Source: a bacterium (GTDB lineage Bacteria > Patescibacteriota > Patescibacteriia > Patescibacteriales > XYC2-FULL-47-12). From it: a stretch of DNA of 64,000 nucleotides. Shown here in pieces: positions 57,514 to 64,000 of this stretch. Location: assembly GCA_030698385.1 (NCBI GenBank), contig JAUYLZ010000033.1, forward strand, positions 9,905 to 73,904. Reading direction: 5' to 3'. The first letter of the stretch is position 1. Each line of letters opens with the position of its first letter. The notes beneath the pieces are model-generated. The model was not told the DNA's origin and searched no databases. It saw only the letters and a list, made by a program, of their open reading frames with translations. Made by a program: the position numbers and the translations under genes.

Positions 57514-58731
57514 TTATTTAATTGAGTTAAATAAATATATAAATAAATTTTTATCTGCCTTGCTAAATTTGATTCTGCGCCGTGCCATGACTTTTCCAGC
57601 AGTAACCATAGCTTTATCAAGTTGATAGCTCATCTCGTTTTTACCCGCTTCCAGCCAAGAAAATGAAGGTATGTATTTTGGCAAATAACCGGCGCCAAAA
57701 ATGTTACTGGAAAAACCCACAGTTGTGCCGGTATTAAACATGGTATTGATTCCGCTTTTAGAATGATCGCCCATGAATAAGCCGACAAAAGTTAACCCGG
57801 TGTTAATTTTATTTTTACCGTCAAAAATAATATCAACATTGCTGTAATTATTCTTTAAATCACTATTATTGGTATTTGCGCCCAAATTGCACCAAGAGCC
57901 GATATAGGCGTGGCCCAAAAAACCATCGTGCTGCTTGTTGCTATAGTCTAAAATGATGCTTTCCTCAACTTCACCGCCGACTTTGCAAACCGAACCAATG
58001 GAGGTGCCTTCATAAATTTTAGCGCCGACTTTTATTTTAGACTGTGGACCAATATAGACTGGGCCAATGATGACGCTGTTAGGCATGACTTCCGTCTTTT
58101 CCTCAATAACCACTGGACCGTCTTCAGCGTTAATCACTGCACCCGGCATTATTTTACTGCCTTGTCCTATAAAAATATTTTTTTTATTTATTAAATACGC
58201 GCCAGGATAAACTTGGCCGGCAATTTTCCCCAATGAAAAACTTTTCGCGTCGCTAATTATTTGTTCGCTGTTGCCGTTAACTAAATCCCAAATATAGTTT
58301 GCTAATTTTACTTTAACTTGAATTTTTTTAAGTTTATTTTCTTGTAAACTAAAATAATTATCTGTATTATTAATAAGCGCTAAATTTTCTTTGGTTAAAT
58401 ATGCCGCCACTAACTCTTGTCTTACATAAAATACGGCATCAGTTTTCGTCTTAGTAACTGTCTGCAGAAAATTTTTATCTGCAACTACTCTTCCATTGAT
58501 AAAAAGCGTAGCCTCGGAATTTTTTTTCTGAATAAATAATTTGAAATTCTGCTTTTTTGCCATCGGTTGCAGATATTTTCGGCAATGATAACAATAGCTG
58601 GCCCGAGGCTGGTATTTAATAATTTTTTGAGCCAAAGTAAAAATACCGCAACGCATTTCCCAGACGGGTCGTGAAAGCGTCAAAGGATAAAAATTATTCG
58701 CTTTTTTATCTTCAAAGATACAAATTTGCAT
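57514..58731 (-). CDS. GlmU-like putative sugar nucleotidyltransferase with hexapeptide repeats
   Basis: FYPLTLSRP, NKQHDGFLGH, NSDLKNNY. Confidence 0.85.
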   Translation of the reverse strand: MQICIFEDKKANNFYPLTLSRPVWEMRCGIFTLAQKIIKYQPRASYCYHCRKYLQPMAKKQNFKLFIQKKNSEATLFINGRVVADKNFLQTVTKTKTDAVFYVRQELVAAYLTKENLALINNTDNYFSLQENKLKKIQVKVKLANYIWDLVNGNSEQIISDAKSFSLGKIAGQVYPGAYLINKKNIFIGQGSKIMPGAVINAEDGPVVIEEKTEVMPNSVIIGPVYIGPQSKIKVGAKIYEGTSIGSVCKVGGEVEESIILDYSNKQHDGFLGHAYIGSWCNLGANTNNSDLKNNYSNVDIIFDGKNKINTGLTFVGLFMGDHSKSGINTMFNTGTTVGFSSNIFGAGYLPKYIPSFSWLEAGKNEMSYQLDKAMVTAGKVMARRRIKFSKADKNLFIYLFNSIK

Positions 58732-58828
58732 TATTTTAAAATATCTAATAATTAAATATGGGGTCTGCTCTAACGAACTAAAATAAAAATTATTTTCGTT
58801 TTTATTTTTTTATATTTTGCAATAGTAT

Positions 58829-59542
58829 TTAATATTTTAATAAGCGTGTTAACAAAAATTCTGCTACTTCCAAATCATACGGCACGTTGATGTCTATTGA
58901 CCTGTTCGCCGGCATTATATATGCCCGGGAAGTCTTGCCAAATGAATCACCTTGCATAATAAGCGATGTTTTAGTTAGATAAACTGCGCAATTGCGTTTA
59001 TATGCTTTTACGCCTTTCTGCCTTGATAAAGACTGGCGGCCTTCGTCAGTAAAAAGAGGTTTAATCAAATTGTTTTTTGTAATAAGTTTTATTTTAGACG
59101 GATCAAAATCAACTAACTCTACCATGCTCATAACTGAATCGGCATTTGAATCAACTGCAATTTTAATACATTCATCAATATCTTCAGCTGATCTTAGGGG
59201 AGAAGTTGGTTGTAAAGTCATAACATAATCATACGAGGCTTTTTGATTTTCCTTAAGCCACCGCAAAGCATGCTGAACTACCGGCATATGAGGCGTATCA
59301 TGCTGCGCCAGCGCTGCCGGACGCATAAATGGCACCTTGCCGCCGTAAATCTTTGCGACTTCAGCAATTTCGTCATCATCCGTTGAAACAATACAGTTCG
59401 TCAAAAGAGCGCTGGCTTGAGCCACCTGTAAAGTATAAGCAATCATTGGCCTTCCTCCTAACAAAACTATATTTTTCTTCGGGATGCTGGTAGAGCCGCC
59501 GCGAGCCGTTATTAAACCTAAAATTTTTTTATTTTTATACAT
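58829..59542 (-). CDS. Acylneuraminate (nonulosonate) cytidylyltransferase, NeuA-like
   Basis: ARGGSTSIPKKN, VSTDD, LQPTSPLR, SIDIN. Confidence 0.92.
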   Translation of the reverse strand: MYKNKKILGLITARGGSTSIPKKNIVLLGGRPMIAYTLQVAQASALLTNCIVSTDDDEIAEVAKIYGGKVPFMRPAALAQHDTPHMPVVQHALRWLKENQKASYDYVMTLQPTSPLRSAEDIDECIKIAVDSNADSVMSMVELVDFDPSKIKLITKNNLIKPLFTDEGRQSLSRQKGVKAYKRNCAVYLTKTSLIMQGDSFGKTSRAYIMPANRSIDINVPYDLEVAEFLLTRLLKY

Positions 59543-59543
59543 A

Positions 59544-61055
59544 TTATTTAGTGCAGTCGCTGGAACTGCGAATTAATATGGCGTAACTGTCAATTGTTTG
59601 ATCAAGCTGATAACAACTATAATCAAGATCATGCAACCCCGCCTCTTTACTTAAATATACCGCGGGCGAGATCAACATGTCATATTCACCGCGCTCAATT
59701 GCTGTTCTAATTTCTCTGCCGAGACTTAGCTTTTCATTTATCCTAATATATTGATAAAAATTTTCATTCGGATATAAGTATGCAAGTTCAGATGCGTTAT
59801 AAAAAACGACGCTAGTTGATGGTTTGATGGTTTTTAAATACTGACCGAGAGGAGTTATTTTATCCGGTCTATACCCCCACTCTTCATTACCGAGATGAAT
59901 AAACTGAACTGCCAGCAATAACCCAACGGCGACAACAGCTAAATCTTTCCGCCAATTTAAAAATTTAACTATGTAAAGCACGGCTGCCGGTAGAAAAATA
60001 AAAAGCAAGACATGGGCCGGAAAAAAATAACGATACCAGCCTGGTGTACGCAGATAAGCGCCGATTGTCAACAAAGAAAAACAGAACACAATGATCTCAA
60101 CGCTATAAATTTTTTCTTTCTTTTTAAATTTAATGATTAAAAAAAACAAAAAAACCGTGAGAAGCGCGCTAAAATGAACCGGCGTTGACTCCATAAAAAA
60201 TCTAAAAAAGTTAGAGGATAACAAATTTAATATTTCCTCAGCCGGCAGTTGATAAGGATTGCTGTAAAAAGAATACATTTCTGCCCAGTTAATGGCGCCG
60301 CTAAATTGCGTCTTCACCCAGATAACTAACGGCGCTATAAAACCGATTGCTCCGCTTAAAAAAGTGTAGGGCAATTTTTTCCAAAAATGAATTTTAAAAA
60401 TAACGGATACTAATACTGCCGCGGCAATTATTAAAAAAGACGGCTTTGTGGCGGCAGCCAAACCAAAGCCCAGCCCGGCTAGAAAAGCGTAAATTTGACG
60501 CTGATTGGCGCCAAACTTTCTGTCCATTTCTTCAGTCAGGTGCATAAAAAACATGCCAAAGGTAAAATAAAACAGTCCCGGCACCTCACCAATAACTGAC
60601 TTTCCGTTGCCGTAAAGCGGGGCAAAGGTGGTAAGTAACAGTGTAGCAGCCAGCGCTAAATAGCCGCCATAAAGCCTTTGGACCAGTAGATAAAAACTTA
60701 AAGTAAAACCAATAATAAAAAGCGCCATTATGACGCGAGCTCCAAATATACTCTGTCCGAAAAATTTAACCAGAAAAGCCTGCGGCAAAAGCAGTGGATA
60801 GCCAACTGTAACCAGTGATAAGTCGCTGTAACTGTCAGGACTAAGCTGAACGCCAAATACTCCGTTATCGGCCAGCGTCCGCCCGGCATGTAAGAATATT
60901 CCTTCATCAAACCAAACTGCAGGCTTACTGGTTAAATTGTAAAAACTGGCGGATAGAACAATAGCCGCCGCGAAAATACCAAGTAAGATTTTTACCTGAT
61001 TTGTTTTCAGCGTTAAATTTTTAAATTTATATCTATGCATAATAAGCCTTATCAC
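59544..61055 (-). CDS. GT-C fold glycosyltransferase (PMT/ArnT-like)
   Basis: WFDEG loop, multiple TM segments, ATK, RYFFP. Confidence 0.82.
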   Translation of the reverse strand: MIRLIMHRYKFKNLTLKTNQVKILLGIFAAAIVLSASFYNLTSKPAVWFDEGIFLHAGRTLADNGVFGVQLSPDSYSDLSLVTVGYPLLLPQAFLVKFFGQSIFGARVIMALFIIGFTLSFYLLVQRLYGGYLALAATLLLTTFAPLYGNGKSVIGEVPGLFYFTFGMFFMHLTEEMDRKFGANQRQIYAFLAGLGFGLAAATKPSFLIIAAAVLVSVIFKIHFWKKLPYTFLSGAIGFIAPLVIWVKTQFSGAINWAEMYSFYSNPYQLPAEEILNLLSSNFFRFFMESTPVHFSALLTVFLFFLIIKFKKKEKIYSVEIIVFCFSLLTIGAYLRTPGWYRYFFPAHVLLFIFLPAAVLYIVKFLNWRKDLAVVAVGLLLAVQFIHLGNEEWGYRPDKITPLGQYLKTIKPSTSVVFYNASELAYLYPNENFYQYIRINEKLSLGREIRTAIERGEYDMLISPAVYLSKEAGLHDLDYSCYQLDQTIDSYAILIRSSSDCTK

Positions 61056-61065
61056 TACTTATTTT

Positions 61066-62142
61066 TTAGTAAGCCCTGTCCTGATCTCCTCCCCCCTTAG
61101 TAGTATACCATTTCTTTGAATCTACTCTTGGTTTATTGTTAACCTTAAAAACAAAGTTTATAAAATTTTTACCCTTTAGATCCAAAGGGTTAAAGCGATT
61201 CGGCAAATATTTATAATAATTTTTATTGCAATTAACAAATCCCAGCTTCTGCAGACTATTTAAATGATAATCTCCGGAAAAAAAATAATCTATAAAATAA
61301 ATATTTTGATTTTTAAAATAATTAATTAAACTCTCTAAAAAAAATTTTTCGGTCTCGTCAAAAGAAATAAAATCTATAATGCGTGCGACTGGAAATTCAC
61401 CCCCCCCTTCTCTTCTTATTACAGCAAATGACTTAATCAAATTTTCAGATGTAAGTATGAATATCTCATAATTAATCAAAGGATGTTTAAAGTACCGCCA
61501 ATTTAAATAAGCTTCTGAACGCTCAACGCTTAAAGGGTATTTTTTTAACATATTTTCGCTGTTAAAAAAAACGTTTAATCTGTTATCAAAACTGTCTATT
61601 TTTTTAAAATTGTCAGAATATTTATTTTCATAGTCTAAATTTTCGAGTGCTTCACTGTTTGTAATTTTCAGATCTTTCAAACCGTCAAATTTTTTTATAC
61701 TGGAAACATTATAAATAAACACGTAGCGATTTAAATTAAATCCCCTCCACCCTCGGCCAGTAAATAGCTTCATGGCATCTTCATTTAAACCATGGTCGCA
61801 GGCTAGCGGACTAATCTTTTCAGCTTCACGCAGCAATAAATAACCTAAACCAAAATTTCTTAAATCTTTTTTTACGATTAAATTTGCTAAGCTAGTGCAA
61901 TTTATTTTAGCATTAAAATAATTAAATTTTAATACGGTCATGCCAAAAACTCCAATTAAAGAGCCCCCTCCACTAAAAACTCCTAAAATTGAAAAATTAT
62001 TGTTTGCCAACGGAAATTCGCCAAACTGCCAATGAATGTATTTGGGGTCAGTCAATATATGTGATGGTCCATAGTTATCACGATTAAAATCAAGTAATTT
62101 TTCTTCTTCACTTTTTTGTAAAAATCTTATTTTGATGTCCAT
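61066..62142 (-). CDS. Tandem GNAT-fold acyl/aminoacyl transferase
   Basis: LRNFGLG, RSEAYLNWRY, C-terminal GDQD. Confidence 0.75.
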   Translation of the reverse strand: MDIKIRFLQKSEEEKLLDFNRDNYGPSHILTDPKYIHWQFGEFPLANNNFSILGVFSGGGSLIGVFGMTVLKFNYFNAKINCTSLANLIVKKDLRNFGLGYLLLREAEKISPLACDHGLNEDAMKLFTGRGWRGFNLNRYVFIYNVSSIKKFDGLKDLKITNSEALENLDYENKYSDNFKKIDSFDNRLNVFFNSENMLKKYPLSVERSEAYLNWRYFKHPLINYEIFILTSENLIKSFAVIRREGGGEFPVARIIDFISFDETEKFFLESLINYFKNQNIYFIDYFFSGDYHLNSLQKLGFVNCNKNYYKYLPNRFNPLDLKGKNFINFVFKVNNKPRVDSKKWYTTKGGGDQDRAY

Positions 62143-62381
62143 TGAATTATTTTTTTTGATATATTATCTATTGAATTAAAGTTTTCCGGAGTTAAGCTTA
62201 ATATATCAATTTCAATTTTAAATTTTTTTTCAATATAATCTATCAAACTAAACATCGTTAAAGAGCTCACTATCCCCTCTTTTACAAGATCACGCTCATC
62301 ATCTTCTATTGTAAAACTGGTCGCTTTAATTAAATAATCTCTCAAATTTTTTTTTATTTCTATCAAATCTATATTACTCAT
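62127..62381 (-). CDS. Acyl/aminoacyl carrier protein (DltC-like)
   Basis: GIVSSL Ppant site, ENFNSI C-terminal motif. Confidence 0.88.
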   Translation of the reverse strand: MSNIDLIEIKKNLRDYLIKATSFTIEDDERDLVKEGIVSSLTMFSLIDYIEKKFKIEIDILSLTPENFNSIDNISKKIIQWTSK

Positions 62382-63903
62382 AATTTTTTTTTAATGTTTC
62401 TCTGTCAATTTTACCTGTACTTGTTTTAGGTAACAATGACAGAAAATGAAATTTACTTGGAATCATATAATATGGTAAAATTTTAGCAAGATCTGCGGAA
62501 ACCTGTTCAGATGATAAACTCTCTTTAGATGCGATAAAAGCTGTTAAATCTACTGCATTATTAAGTTCTCTAAAAATAATTGTTGTTTCAGTTACATAAT
62601 CTAATGAATAAATCGCTTTTTCAATTTCGCCAACTTCAATACGATACCCCATTCTCTTAAATTGATCATCTTTACGACCGATAAAACTGTAATTGCCATT
62701 TTCATCAAGATAAACTAAATCACCGGTTTTATATACGATATCTTTATATTTACTATTGAATGGATTTTGAATAAAAACTTCCCTAGTCTTTTTTTCATTG
62801 CACCAGTAACCCGGACTAAGGCAGGCGCCCCTGATAAAAAGCTCGCCGCTTGATTTTCTTTCCGCCTTTCGTCCATCTGCATCTAAAGCAAAAATTTCCG
62901 CGTTCGCGCACGATTTGCCGATTGGAACTGATTTATCTACTTCTTTCGGAACTTCCTTAATTCTATAAAAACTGCATTGAACCGTAGCCTCGGTGGGCCC
63001 ATACATATTAATAAATTCTTTATCCGGAAAAATCTTCATCCAATCTCTTAAATACTTAACCGGAAAAACTTCACCATTGAAACATATACTTCTGACTTTT
63101 TTTAATCTGCTTGGATCTATACTGCCTGCTTGAAAAAGATAAGAAAGCAATGACGGCACTGAATTCCAGATTGTAATTTCTGTCTTTTCTATGTAGTCCA
63201 CCAACGCTCCCGGAAAAACCGATAATTTTTCGGGAATTAAAACCAATGTTGCCCCGCTTTTTATTGATGAATAAATATCAAAAGTTGATAAGTCAAAATG
63301 AAAAGGAGGATGCGCCGATAATTTGTCTGCAGCCGTTATTTTTAGTTCTGATACCGACCATTCAGCCGCATCAATTACATTACGATGCGTAATCATTACT
63401 CCTTTGGGCGTGCCGGTCGAACCTGAGGTGTAAAAAATATATGCTAAATCGGAATCAATAGACTGATAATTTGGGTTTAAATTGCTTTGACTAGTTATTT
63501 GAGCATTGACCGCATCACTATCAAGAGAATATAACTCAATATCTTTTGCCGTCATTTTTTTTATTTTGTCTTCTGTTTCATCTTCATATAAAACAATTTT
63601 TGGCTTGGCATCATTGACAATTTTCTCTAATCTCTCATAAGGAGAATTCGCATCCAGAGGCACATATATGGCATCGGCTTTTAAAATGCCAAAAATAGTT
63701 GCTAAGGATTTAATTGATTTATGCAGACAAAAACAAACTCTGTCTCCATGTTTTATATCCAAATGTTTTAGATAATTAGCTATTTGATTAGCCAAGCTGT
63801 TCAAATCAGAATAATTAATAATTTCTTCATTAAAAATGGCCGCGATTTTATGCGGTTGTTTGATTGCCTGTTCATCCAGATATTGTTGAAGTAAATATAT
63901 CAT
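62374..63903 (-). CDS. Stand-alone amino acid adenylation enzyme (DltA-like)
   Basis: YTSGSTGTPKG, FDLS, YGPTE, YKTGD, TSTGKIDR. Confidence 0.93.
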   Translation of the reverse strand: MIYLLQQYLDEQAIKQPHKIAAIFNEEIINYSDLNSLANQIANYLKHLDIKHGDRVCFCLHKSIKSLATIFGILKADAIYVPLDANSPYERLEKIVNDAKPKIVLYEDETEDKIKKMTAKDIELYSLDSDAVNAQITSQSNLNPNYQSIDSDLAYIFYTSGSTGTPKGVMITHRNVIDAAEWSVSELKITAADKLSAHPPFHFDLSTFDIYSSIKSGATLVLIPEKLSVFPGALVDYIEKTEITIWNSVPSLLSYLFQAGSIDPSRLKKVRSICFNGEVFPVKYLRDWMKIFPDKEFINMYGPTEATVQCSFYRIKEVPKEVDKSVPIGKSCANAEIFALDADGRKAERKSSGELFIRGACLSPGYWCNEKKTREVFIQNPFNSKYKDIVYKTGDLVYLDENGNYSFIGRKDDQFKRMGYRIEVGEIEKAIYSLDYVTETTIIFRELNNAVDLTAFIASKESLSSEQVSADLAKILPYYMIPSKFHFLSLLPKTSTGKIDRETLKKNYE

Positions 63904-63915
63904 GTAACTTATTAA

Positions 63916-64000
63916 TCAAGTAATTAAACACATAGCTATCGCTATCTCACTTGTGTGCGCTATTGATATAAGACATTTTTGCTTTTCGCCTTTATAATAA
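63916..64000 (-). CDS. acpS: Holo-ACP synthase, C-terminal part (partial)
   Basis: ...KCLISIAHTSEIAIAMCLIT* matches the AcpS SxSH motif; upstream of the adenylation and carrier genes. Confidence 0.65.
   Translation of the reverse strand, partial: YYKGEKQKCLISIAHTSEIAIAMCLIT

Noticed and set aside
203-60910. Many 60-170 aa ORFs antisense to or nested in known genes (e.g. 25287-25790, 50575-50973, 22739-23074)
   Set aside because: Shadow frames of conserved genes with no motifs or independent signals
1-64000. Alternative genetic code (TGA = Gly, as in Gracilibacteria/Absconditabacteria)
   Set aside because: Core genes are full length under code 11 and TGA is used as a stop (e.g. mltG, dtd)

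Overview
Chromosomal window, AT-rich and read with genetic code 11. Gene content points to a Patescibacteria/CPR (Parcubacteria-like) genome; this is inference from archaeal-type PyrH, tandem gpmI, PilT/pilin and CPR-type hypotheticals. It is mostly minus-strand housekeeping operons: rplJL, pyrH, mltG, manC, uppP, gpmI x2, eno, pgk, dtd, pilT, ftsEX, rnhA, recJ, lepA, msrB, murJ, rseP, frr, holB. It also holds tRNA-Gly(CCC), tRNA-Thr(CGT) and part of a surface-glycan locus with an AcpS/adenylation/carrier/GNAT module. No CRISPR, rRNA, transposase, integrase or reverse transcriptase is visible. The main signal is at gene junctions. (1) Small cassettes encoding GxxExxY or four-helix-bundle proteins sit between operon genes, bounded by inverted low-complexity (about 7-mer) arms that donate start/stop codons to host genes. 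One GxxExxY cassette has a 96%-identical, internally deleted copy 5 kb away, and several empty or solo arms occur. (2) Short GC-rich palindromes have inserted into each other, into arms and apparently into CDSs. (3) A decayed tRNA-Gly(CCC) is split in its anticodon by a 116-bp palindrome-type insert that itself contains a different, intact tRNA-Gly(CCC).
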